A DNA stretch of 62,400 bases from Nemertoderma westbladi. Taxonomy: Eukaryota > Animalia > Xenacoelomorpha. Shown piece after piece: positions 45,957 to 56,900 of this stretch (its first letter is position 1; each line of letters starts with the position of its first letter). Both the position numbers and the translations under genes were made by a program. Where the stretch lies: positions 1 through 62,400 of the forward strand of contig JAUCBJ010003718.1 of NCBI GenBank assembly GCA_032718475.1, given 5' to 3'. The notes under the pieces were generated by a model. That model searched no databases and had not been told where the DNA came from. It saw only the letters and a list, made by a program, of their open reading frames with translations.

Positions 45957-46519
45957 TGTGACGGGATCCGAGAGGATCCTGGTTTATCCGGTGTCGTTTC
46001 GTACGCGTCAGCCGCACCGTGTGATGGAAAAGGAGTTTGTGTTGTTGTTGTCCGATGTTGTTGTTAATGATATATAAAACATGGGTGATAGCATGTAGAT
46101 GCAATAGTAAATAGCACTGATGACTGAACAAACCGGTAATATGGTGACGGCGGTGACGGTCTCAACTGTCACCGTACTGCCTGACTGTACTAGGATAACT
46201 ACTGAGTAAACTGGATGAATGATTACCGTACTAATAATATATACTGCACGGTTGGCCATTGTTACGCTACCTAGTCGGTGCCTTCCCCCCATTGGTTAAT
46301 ATCCTACTTGTCACCCTTTGCCCCCCTCTGAAGTGCTTCCCTTCGCCCTTGCTATTCTCTCTCTGTCAGGGGTGTAACCCCTGACCCCTATTGTGCGTAT
46401 GTTTCTCCTTCCCACTTTGTTGGGGTGACACGAGGTTGATATTGGTAATCAACCTCGTGCTCCCAATATTGCTTAACGGCTTACTTTGTGGGGTGTTAGC
46501 GGAATTGAATAAGCTAACA
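45957..46519 (-). repeat. 5' LTR
   Basis: 563 bp, near-identical to 19746-20308. Confidence 0.95.
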
Positions 46520-47046
46520 CATACAGCCATACAGCCATAGCAGGCAGGCAGGTCCTATGCAGCCAAAAGTGCCAACAAGACCAACCTAGTGCCAGTTAGT
46601 CAAACCACGTGTCATTGAGTGCAACCGGGTGCCAGTAATTAGCCTAATCTAACTCCAACTCCAACCGGGCGTCCATGTCCAGGTGCCAGGTGTCAGTTAG
46701 TACAATAAAAAACAAGCGCTGTGGCGCATCCTGGGGCCGAAGGACATCTTTATTAAATTATATCGGTTTTAAGTAGGCCTACTGTGTAACTGAAGTAGGC
46801 CTACCTGTCTTAAGTCTGCATGTGTGTTGTGCACTTCTTACTGGTCCGCAATGCCTATGCCAGTATGCCTAATCTTTAAAATCACATACGGATTATTATC
46901 CATAGGAATCCATTACATACGCACATATGCTTATGTGCATACCAGCATATGGATACCTGGATACGGCAAATGCATACGGATACGGACGGATACGGCGAAA
47001 AGTTATACCCAATTAGGCCTGTGTCTATTTTAGATTAGATTAGATT

Positions 47047-49865
47047 CCGAATACAGATTTTTATGATTTATACTCAAACTTATTTTTAGAATCGGGATTA
47101 ACTCAATTTGTCACCGAACCTACTCGGGGTAATCCTGATAATATTTTAGATTTGGTATTTTCCACAGACGATTTATTTATTAGTACTGTCAATGTAATTG
47201 AACCGTTTTCTAGCAGTGACCACAATATGGTATATTTTAATTTATGCAGTAGTAACCAACATGAGAGTGCTCATAATATAGGTTTCTATGATTTTAAAAA
47301 TGGCAATTACGAGCAATTTTCAACTTACATGCAATCAATTGATTGGGAGGATAAATTTTATAATTGTAAAAATGTAGATGATTGATTATTGGTATAGTTT
47401 CTCATCCGCCTTAAAGTCTGGGATACAGCAGTTTGTTCCTTTTAAACGCATTACTGGCAATAGAAAGGCGCATCCTGAACATATTAGGAAACTACAGCAA
47501 AAAAAGAAACTTCTTTGGCGGCGGAGACACACCCCGCTAGGTTTCACTGAATACAACAGGTGCACAAAAGAAGTATCCCGGGCTATTTTGCGAAATGCTT
47601 GCATACGTGAAAACCATATTCTTTCATCAAATAACCCTGAGGCCATTTTTAAATATGTGAATTCAAAGCGTAATAATAAATCAGGTATTGCCCCACTTAA
47701 ATTTAATGGTGCTACAGTAGTTGATGATATTACAAAGGCACAGATATTTTCGAAAGTGCTTTCCGAGAACTATGTTAATGATAATGGGGAAGTGCCGGTT
47801 TTTGAACGAAGAGTCCCTTCAAATGTGTCGAAGTCAGAAATAAATTTCAGTGTAGATAAGGTATTTGCGTCGCTGAGAGGTCTTACCCCTAAACGTAGCA
47901 ACACTCCAGATCATTTTCCTAGCATTATATTTTATAAATTAGCTCGTCAATTGGCACTTCCTTTATCTATTATTTTTCAAGTCTCGTTTATAACACACGC
48001 TCTGCCTTCTATTTGGTTAACTGCTAACATTATTCCGATTTTTAAGAAAGGCAATGCCTCAGACCCGTACAACTACCGCCCGGTTTCATTAACTTGTGTA
48101 GCATGTAAGATAATGGAATCCTGTATAAAGACTGAACTAATTGATTACCTTTTTGCCCATAAGTTAATTACTACACATCAGCATGGTTTTTTAAAGCGCC
48201 GATCTACTGGTACTCAGTTATTGGAATGCATTAACGATTGGGTCAATTTAGCTGAAAAGAAATGTTCTATTGACATTTTGTACATAGACTTCTCTAAGGC
48301 TTTTGATCGAGTAGTGCATAGTAAGTTATTGTGTAAACTTGCCGGATACGGCATATGTGGTAACCTTCTGGCTTGGATTGCAGCTTTTCTATCAAATCGG
48401 AGCCAACAAGTGCTAGTAGGTAATGAATTTTCCGTTTCCCGGAGTGTCCAATCAGGTACTCCGCAAGGAAGTGTTATCGGCCCCATTTTATTCGTGATTT
48501 TTATAAACGACTTACCTGATTTAATTGGAATTAATGGTGTGTGCTGTAAATTATACGCTGATGATGTAAAGATTTATGCACCGTCTTCTAATTATATTAA
48601 TTTATGTGATTCTTTGGGTGCTTTGTCGTCCTGGTCTAATACATGGCAACTTAACGTAGCTAGTCATAAGTGTCAAGTGCTTTACTTAGGACTAAATAAC
48701 CCTGAAAACCCTAAACTTTTTAAGTGGTTTAAAATTGGAATGCATGGATGGCAAGGATCTAGGAATGATTATGTGCCCTGACTTGAAATTTAATGTGTAC
48801 TGTAGGGAGCAAGCCGCCAAAGCAAATAAAATAACCAATATGATATTTCGGTGCTTCCGTACTGCAAATCGATCTGCCCTTATTACGGCTTACAAAGCAT
48901 ATATTCGTCCTTTAGTGGAATATTGTACTTACATTTGGTCTCCTCATCATAAATGTACAATTGATTTGGTCGAACGTGTCCAAAAGTACTTCACCCGCAG
49001 ATTGTTTGCCCGTTGCAAACTACCATATATGACCTACGTAGATCGACTGCAGTTTCTTAAGTTAAAACCATTGGAAGTTAGGCGCATAATTTTTGATTTA
49101 AAGATGGTGTATAAAATTGAGAGAAATTTAGTTGATTTGTGTTTTGATGAATATTTTTCTTATACAGGTAGACCTGGGCTTAGGGGTCATTCTCACAAAT
49201 TACTTGTTTCCCATTCACGTCTTTTAATCTCAAAATACTTTTTTTCTAATAGGGTGGTGCCTGTATGGAACTCATTACCTCAATCTCTAGTAGATTCGCC
49301 AACCCCAAATATTTTTTCAGTTCGATTAATGGATATTGATTTTCAAGATTTTTGCCACTTTGACCGATAATTTCAATTTTCGGGCCCCCGTAAGTGCTAT
49401 ATTGCCTGGGTGGTCTTCTCCTCTTTCCAAATTATTTGTCTTTATTTTATGCAAGTATACAGTACGTTTTTTTCTGTGTAATTTATGTATTGTTGTTTTT
49501 GTATACAGGGCGAAGTACATACATATACTGTACGAATTATGCACATTGCATAGGAGTTTGAATTCAATGTGCTCCTTATTTTATGACCGACTTTTACCAG
49601 GGTTAATCCGTGCGTATTTTAAATTTTTCTTTTTAATTAATATTGAAAATATTTTGTTTTACTTTAATTTTAACGAAATTAAGTGTAATTCTTAAGTACC
49701 GATAATTTGTTCTGTGTCTCTAATCTCTACAGTACTTCACAGCAGTAACATGCTAATGCATTATTAGTTCATTAGTTCCTAAATACTGTATATTTAATTG
49801 TGCCTTTTAAAATGAATGTTTATGTGAATTATTAAAGAGTGTATTAAACTAAAAACTAACTAAAC
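47047..49865 (+). mobile_element. 5'-truncated CR1-clade LINE; ORF2 frameshifted twice (near 47380 and 48730), ending 49370
   Basis: APE tail PTRG..ILDLVF..SDH; RT motifs YRPVSLT, DFSKAFD, GTPQGSVIGP, YADD; C-terminal KDLG, YC..WSP, ERVQK, RGH, FFSNRVV..WNSLP; TAAAC-like tail; possible TAGATT TSD. Confidence 0.88.
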
Positions 49866-50559
49866 TAGATTATTTCAGTATTTGTCAGTTTGTATTGCTT
49901 ATTATTACAGTATTATGTTTGGTTGTGAACATTGTGGACGTATTTACAATAAAAAATTATCATCAATCATAATAGGCCTATCAGCCTATCTAACTGTCTA
50001 ATCATAATCATAATCAAATTGTAGCCAGCTTGCTGGCTTTCTTGTAATACTTTAGTTTCGTTTCCATTTAACAGCCCTATAAATCCCCGTTCTGCCGTTA
50101 CGCTTACCGGTAAGCATTAGGCAACCCTACAACACCAGTCTGCCAGTAATTCCTATTACCGTTACTGAATACTGGAATGTGTTGTTGATACATTATGGTT
50201 CTGGGTTCTGGTTGTAGGGTATAACATATTAATATATGAAAGTATGAATTAATGCTGTATCCCGATCCGATCCATGATTACCATTCGTCTCTACTGCTCT
50301 AGGTGTCAGTCTAGTATGTATGTCTGTCACTCAGTAGGCCTAACTGTCACTACTGTCAATCTTGTATAACTGTGTAACACAAGGCTACCCAGGCCAAGGT
50401 CAGATGCCAGGACTTTCATAAGGACTGAAGGAATTGAAAAGGACTGGAAAAACTGGGAACCAGAAACTACCGATACCGGTATAACCTAACCACATAACTT
50501 GAATTCTGAGCCCAGATACCAGTTGCCAGCGAGGAGTCAGCCTGTCGCCAGTTGTGGAA

Positions 50560-53500
50560 ATGGAAGGCTACGATGAAGATATTAATGGCAATCTGTTTAT
50601 GTCCATAATTAAAAGCGAATTCGAAGACTCACTTGAGAATGCCATAATAAACAAATGGATTATCTGTGTACCCAGAGTGGGTTCCATTGGTCGTTCGAAT
50701 ATAAACCAAACTACCGTTAATTGTCACATTCTTAAACCCACTTCGGACTCAGAGGTTTTTACCAATCTATGTGGAGAAACTTTCAATGTTGTGGGAAATG
50801 TTATAATTTCCGGTGAAGGCCATAAAATGCAGGTGCTTTTTGACGAAACATTTTTTTGTGATAATCAAAGTTACAAGGTGATGTGTATAAACACCCCACT
50901 TAACGAACAGACTTTGGGGGATGGCAACAGTATGTATTCACAAGATAGTTCGTCTATCATCCTATCTTCATACATAGACTGCCACAGATTCCTCTGGGAG
51001 AATGACGTAATAAAACCGAAGTTCAAGAAAGCCATTGACGATATGCTGTACCATTTCCATGATAATTTCATTTACCTTAAATGTGGATCTATTCCAGAAC
51101 TTATTGCTCTCATCAATGATTTATTTCGACAATCAGTATCCATAGTCATAAAAGACAGCCACATAAAGAAGATGTACAGAAACGACCAGAACTTTCAAAA
51201 GAATCTAATAATTGCGCTCGAGAATTACGTTCTAGATGCAGTTTATTCCAAACTCTTTCCAACCATACAAAGTATTATATCTCCAATCGATGCTAATTTA
51301 AATAAATTAACCCGAAATATGGCTGATATTTCTCTAAGAGATTTGGGTGTGAATCCGGATTTTTGGCCCAATGTCCCCCATTCCAGACTGCTGATTGCCG
51401 ACCTACCCACTCGCCACTGCCCCCTTGATAAACTGGAGGTTCTCAGGCGAACCGTCTCAGCGTTCACACATCAACGTAAGGCCATTGTCAATAAGCGACG
51501 ACAATCCACAGTGCTGTCAGCCGATGACATGGTACCTCTTTTAGTCTTCCTCGTTATTCGCTCAGATATCGTTAACTGGATCGCCAATATCGAGTACCTC
51601 AGCGAATTTCGTCTTCTCTCGGGTGGCAATTACAATCGGAGTGAGTACAACTTCTACTTGGCCTCATTCGAGGCGGCCATAGAGCACATCCGATCGGGAG
51701 TGATGAGTGCGTTCAATGTGAGACGTTTGCAGGGGCTCATGGTGTCGATGTTTGTGGAGAAGAGTGGAGGATCTGTGTGTCCGAAACTGGAAAGGGGGTC
51801 GGATTGTCCGACGGTAGAGGAGGGTTTGGAGTGTCCGAGGGTGGAGGAGGAGTTGGAATGTCCGACAGTGGAGGCGGGCTCGGATTGTCCGAGGGTGGAG
51901 GTCGTGCCTGGTAGTGAGGCCAGCGCCGGTGTAGGAAGAGGAAGTACGCGGAATGAGGCATCTGAATTATTTTGTCTCAGCGCCCTTTTCCATCACATAC
52001 AGAATGGCAATAAATCCCGTATCTTAGAGATCCTACAGAGCAATGGTACTGCTCCAACTGCTGCTCCGGACGCCCAGCTGTGTCACCCATTGTGCCGCTG
52101 CACCTCCTGCCGCAATGTGGCGTCTGGATCTGCCGTCGGCATACTGGCCCCGGACGACCGCGGCTGGACGCCACTCCATGTCGCCGCCTTCTACGCGCAG
52201 ACAGACGTTCTCAAACTGCTGATCGATCAGTTGCGACAGCCCCACGCGGAAGCGATCAGCACCCCCGATTACTCTGGGTGCACCCCGTTGCACCTCGCCT
52301 GTCGCCAAGGGCACCAACAGGCCTTGCTGATGCTCCTCTACCATGGAGCCAATGTGAACGCCTTGGATAACGACCGTAACTCTCCGCTGCACATCTGCTG
52401 TCTGAACGGACATGAGGACTGTCTCAAGGGAGCGCTGTACTTTGACCAGCGGTGTCGCGTGCTGCGAATCGACGCACAGAACACCGTTGGCGACACCGCT
52501 CTGCACATTGCCGCTAGATGGGGCTATATCGGTATTGTAGGTTTGCTACTCGAGCACGGCGCATCCACGCAGTTGGTTAACCGTAGACGCGAGCTCGCCG
52601 GCTATCTCGCACACAGTTCCGCTATACTTGTGATGTTGCGCACTGCTGCGGAACGTCAGCTGGCAACTCGGCGTGATTCCGGTTTCGTTAACGTGCAGAG
52701 GACCTCCTTGGAGACAGTCGCCGTAGCTACTGGAGAGGTAAAGGACCTTAAACATAGAGACCACAACGCCTACCGCAAGCTGTACCTCGACGACACACGG
52801 GAGCTGATCGATGATGATCTTTTGAGAAAAGTTTACAAACTGTTGAAAGCGGCAGCGGACGATGATATACCGATGGTAAAGTACCTTCTGGAATGGAACG
52901 CGAAAGAGATGGAACATCTGGACGACTTGTGTCACCCTCTGTGTCAATGCGACTCGTGTCTCGCGAAACAGACTGGATTTACTATTTCTTCAGTCTCTCC
53001 GACTCGACTGACTGCTAATGTTTGCAACGCTCTGGGTGTTACCCCGCTCCATATGGCGAGTCTTTACGGGAACGTGGATCTAATTGGCCAACTGCTTGGT
53101 CATGGCGCGCGTCCAGACCATCGTATTAAACTCCATCAGTGCACTTCCCTCCATCTCGCTGCCCAGTTCAACTACCATAAGATTTGCCGACTTCTGCTAG
53201 ACCACGGAGCCCGTGTGAACATACGCGATGTCAACGGGAACTCCGCTCTACATTACGCCTGTCTCAATGGCAACGCGAAACTCTGCCGGTTGCTGTTGGA
53301 GAATGGTGCGTCTGTAGACCTCGCCAATGATAGAGGCAATCTTCCCATTCACAAAGCTGTGAAGTCACCCGAAGATGCGCTGCTTATATGTAAATTATTG
53401 GTAGACCACGGGTCGAATCTTCTGACACGGAATCATCGGAAACTTATTCCGTCTCAGATCGCTTCCGATTTGGATGTTATCGATTTCCTACACAAGGCGG

Positions 53501-53922
53501 AGGAGCAGCAAAGATTATCGCGTTTGTGCGGCAACATATCTAAACCGACTTCCCAGGGCCGGACGGACAACCTACTCCACCAGTCCGACACCGGGCCCTG
53601 TCGGTTGTCCATGAAGGACGTTATGGACGGCTTCCCTTCCGAGGAGCGGGACCGCCTCGAAGCGTTGTGTCGCGACATCAGGGGTTTCAACCCGATCCGC
53701 TTACAATCTACGCGGTTGGTGCACCACGGGCCTACATCCGTGGACCAATCGGGCCCCCCGCTCTCAGGCCACCAATTAACACTTTACTTAATTCGACGCT
53801 TCGGCCAGACCAAGAAGCTAAACCCTGTGAGTGCCATAGTCCCTCCGTCCTACAATAATAACTTGTCGAGTTTCGTAGAGGACTCAGCCACAGAATCAGA
53901 CCAAGACTTTCTGTTTTCCTAA
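50560..53922 (+). CDS. ANKRD27: VPS9-ankyrin repeat protein VARP, single uninterrupted ORF
   Basis: N-terminal YDEDI..N; VPS9 domain SADDMVPLLVF..FYLASFEAAIEHI; two CHPLCxCxxC Zn-fingernail motifs, each before an ankyrin block; first ATG at 50560. Confidence 0.95.
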   Translation: MEGYDEDINGNLFMSIIKSEFEDSLENAIINKWIICVPRVGSIGRSNINQTTVNCHILKPTSDSEVFTNLCGETFNVVGNVIISGEGHKMQVLFDETFFCDNQSYKVMCINTPLNEQTLGDGNSMYSQDSSSIILSSYIDCHRFLWENDVIKPKFKKAIDDMLYHFHDNFIYLKCGSIPELIALINDLFRQSVSIVIKDSHIKKMYRNDQNFQKNLIIALENYVLDAVYSKLFPTIQSIISPIDANLNKLTRNMADISLRDLGVNPDFWPNVPHSRLLIADLPTRHCPLDKLEVLRRTVSAFTHQRKAIVNKRRQSTVLSADDMVPLLVFLVIRSDIVNWIANIEYLSEFRLLSGGNYNRSEYNFYLASFEAAIEHIRSGVMSAFNVRRLQGLMVSMFVEKSGGSVCPKLERGSDCPTVEEGLECPRVEEELECPTVEAGSDCPRVEVVPGSEASAGVGRGSTRNEASELFCLSALFHHIQNGNKSRILEILQSNGTAPTAAPDAQLCHPLCRCTSCRNVASGSAVGILAPDDRGWTPLHVAAFYAQTDVLKLLIDQLRQPHAEAISTPDYSGCTPLHLACRQGHQQALLMLLYHGANVNALDNDRNSPLHICCLNGHEDCLKGALYFDQRCRVLRIDAQNTVGDTALHIAARWGYIGIVGLLLEHGASTQLVNRRRELAGYLAHSSAILVMLRTAAERQLATRRDSGFVNVQRTSLETVAVATGEVKDLKHRDHNAYRKLYLDDTRELIDDDLLRKVYKLLKAAADDDIPMVKYLLEWNAKEMEHLDDLCHPLCQCDSCLAKQTGFTISSVSPTRLTANVCNALGVTPLHMASLYGNVDLIGQLLGHGARPDHRIKLHQCTSLHLAAQFNYHKICRLLLDHGARVNIRDVNGNSALHYACLNGNAKLCRLLLENGASVDLANDRGNLPIHKAVKSPEDALLICKLLVDHGSNLLTRNHRKLIPSQIASDLDVIDFLHKAEEQQRLSRLCGNISKPTSQGRTDNLLHQSDTGPCRLSMKDVMDGFPSEERDRLEALCRDIRGFNPIRLQSTRLVHHGPTSVDQSGPPLSGHQLTLYLIRRFGQTKKLNPVSAIVPPSYNNNLSSFVEDSATESDQDFLFS

Positions 53923-56900
53923 GCGACACCTCCAACTGCTTCTCGTAAATTTTAAATCTTTATTTTTGTTTACATACATACATACATACACACACGTCTC
54001 TGTAATTTGTTGTTTTTGTGCTATCAGGTGCAACTCGCCTTTCACAGGGAGCTGGCTATTGATTTGTGCTGCATTTATTAAGGGGTAATCTATTAATGAC
54101 GTCACGCGGTGGGGGGGGGGGGGGGGGGGGGGGGGGGGGTCTGTCGAAATTCACCCAATGATAATTATATTTTACTTTAAATGCTGCACAATCAGTTTAT
54201 ATTCATTCACACTCAGACATTATGTTCAACTCATTATTAACAATAATTATAATCTTTATAATAAAGTAACTTTGCTTTGGCAAAGTAAGTAATATTTCCG
54301 ATTAAAGAAAGAACGGGGGTTTCATTTAATTTGTACGAGTCCAGTTTATTGACGCGAGTAGGTACTTCGTTGGCATAATTATTTATCGCATATTTATATT
54401 TATAAAAACATACATACTATTTGTTGTATATTGACAATTCAACTATAGTCTACCAGTCCAATTTTACTCAAATAATATGATGCAATATAGCACATTTGTA
54501 TTATATTTGAGTCATAATTGGACTGGTAGACTGGTAGACTGGACTGGTAGACTGTCTATAACTTTGTTTTTTTAGACTCTCCGTCTCTCCAACAGTTAGA
54601 AATAAAATATGGGTAAAAACTTTATAACAATATGCATAAACGATTTCGAAAAAAATTTCGTATATTTTTATTGCATGTAGAGCAGAATTTAATGGGGATT
54701 TCAAATCTGAAAACCGCTCCGCTTAGAGAGATCTCTTTTAGTTCTCGAGTTATCGTGGAATATCTGTCTGCCAATCTGTCTGTCAAAATTTAAGACAGAC
54801 AGACAACGACCAACGGTCAGACTTGAATCAACCCAATATTAAAACCGACATCGGAAATGAAATCAGCGACCCCGAAAACCCCGAATAAATATAACTTTAG
54901 CTAAAGCTAGATGGTGTGCATCCTTCCTGTCAAACACTATTAACCAACCAGACCCCATACAGGTAGTTTTTGCGCGGGAAGGTTCGAACTTTGTAAGCAA
55001 TCTCAGAATGTTATTTTTTTTACACTTACACATTTCTTAATCGTTTTTTTTGCAATTTTTGGTTTATATGAAAAGTAATTAATCTCGGCCAGTTGTCTTG
55101 ATTTCAAAATATTTCCACATTTTTTAAATGAAAAATTAGAAAAAACATGGGATTTTTCATTTTTAATATTTTTTTACAAAATTTCCAATTAGGCCTACAG
55201 TATGAGAAATAGATAATAAATATACTAAAAGTAGCCGAAAGAATGAAATCAACATGTTGGTTCCAAACAATTTGGTATCGGAAAATAAAAGGGGACAATA
55301 ACGGAGGAGTAGTCTTTTTTTTTTATGAAAATTTTTAAATCTTACGCAGGCCGCTAGGGAGCGCCAAAAAATTTATTTTTCAAATTTATATTTACTTTTG
55401 ACGATTCTATTTTCAATGGTATATCGTTTTCTATGCATTTTTCAACCACATAGGAGATATACAAATTGAATAACCGTGTAGGGAAAAAACTTCATACTGA
55501 AAAAATTATCATTTCAACAAAAAATATTCATCATGAAAAAAATGTATACCTTGAAGTAGCCATATACATACAATTCGTACCAAAGCAAATTTTATATACT
55601 GGATTTGATAACCAACAACAACTCTGCCGTGCAATGTGAAAAGAACGTAAGTCGTACTTTTCCACAATTCACTTTTTCTATGTCTAAAAGATGCGCTCGC
55701 CTCTATCTAATGGTATAATCGAGAACACCGACCATATCTACTCCAGTTCTCGATATATTATATTCAACGTAAAAAGGCCGCAAGTCAACATATTGTGTTG
55801 CAATGGAAAAAGACCGTAAGTGCAATACAAAAACGCAACTAGGCCTACTTAAATTTTTGAAAAAACAAAGACCTGCGGTTTTTTGTCATTGTATATATAA
55901 TAAGAAAATGTATTATACGGTTATTATTTGTTTTTATTTAATTTGTGGCTTACGTTTTTTTACTATTAGCAGAAAAGGCGCGAAATCCAAAATTAAAATT
56001 TCACCAAGTGACTTGCGATGTTTTCTCGTCATTACGGAATTACCGCAAAATTTAATGAGGATTTCAAATCTGAAAATGGCTTGGCGAGATCTGTTTGTTG
56101 TATTGTAAGCATTTTCATTAATTAACTGAAGAAGCCCTGATGGGAGAAAGCTTTTAATTTGACAAGTTGTTTGACAGTTGTTATTAACTCAAATAATTAT
56201 TACATTCCATTTATTCCATAGTCACCTGAGGTCAACCCCCCCTACCCTAACTGTTTAGTATGATAATTCCTTCTTAAGTGTTCAATTGCGACCGCCCCAA
56301 TTGCGTATGTTTAGTAGAAATAAGTAATTTACGGACATTTTAAACCAACAATCTGAAGGCAAACAGTAATTTACGTGTTTTATTAGAAATGAAATTTTTT
56401 TTTACTTACGGTCATTTCACATTACACTGCAGATCTTTTGGTTCCCCAAAAGAACTCGAATTCAAACCCAATGATCAACTTAATGGATGTTTGATACTGA
56501 ACCTTCAAAACCAGTCTTTATTCAGGTAATTTAAAAAAGGTGTCGGATGTCTTTCTTTACTCAACATTCAGTTTTTCCAATGTAATGAATAATGTCACTT
56601 CATAGCGTTTAATATAGCTCTTCCTTTAATCGCAGAGCTCGAATATTAAATAAAGTTTTATTTATTATTTTAGTTAGGAATCACCGACACTGTAACCTCT
56701 CATTTCCATTATGTTTTAAATTAAATTAAGTTTTTAAACGCATTAAATAAATATTTGGTGGTTGCGATAATTTTGTGCCATTATCCAGGGTTACTCTCCA
56801 TTTCTGTCTTGACGCTGCACTAACGCGATACAATTAACATGTGCACCCAGCGACCGTTTTTCTCAAGTCTCAACTTTCAAATTCATAATGACGTTATTTT

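Larger units (their letters stand above)
19746..46519 (-). mobile_element. Non-autonomous BEL/Pao-like LTR retrotransposon (gag only), 26.8 kb including nested Polinton and HINE
   Basis: 563-bp direct LTRs TGT..ACA; 5-bp TSD CATAC (19741-19745 and 46520-46524); PPT and gag on the minus strand; no RT, RNase H or integrase core found. Confidence 0.9.
19088..47010. mobile_element. MULE-like MITE (~1.15 kb on its own) split by the LTR element
   Basis: TIRs begin GGGTATAACTTTTCGCCGTATCCGT (~19088-19245 versus ~46793-47010); 9-bp TSD AATTAGGCC at 19079-19087 and 47011-47019. Confidence 0.88.

Noticed and set aside
54080-54140. GGGG..TGACGTCA..poly-G transposon-end-like motifs (also ~2236-2278 and ~57682-57790)
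   Set aside because: Partner TIRs and TSDs could not be paired; poly-G lengths may be sequencing artefacts.
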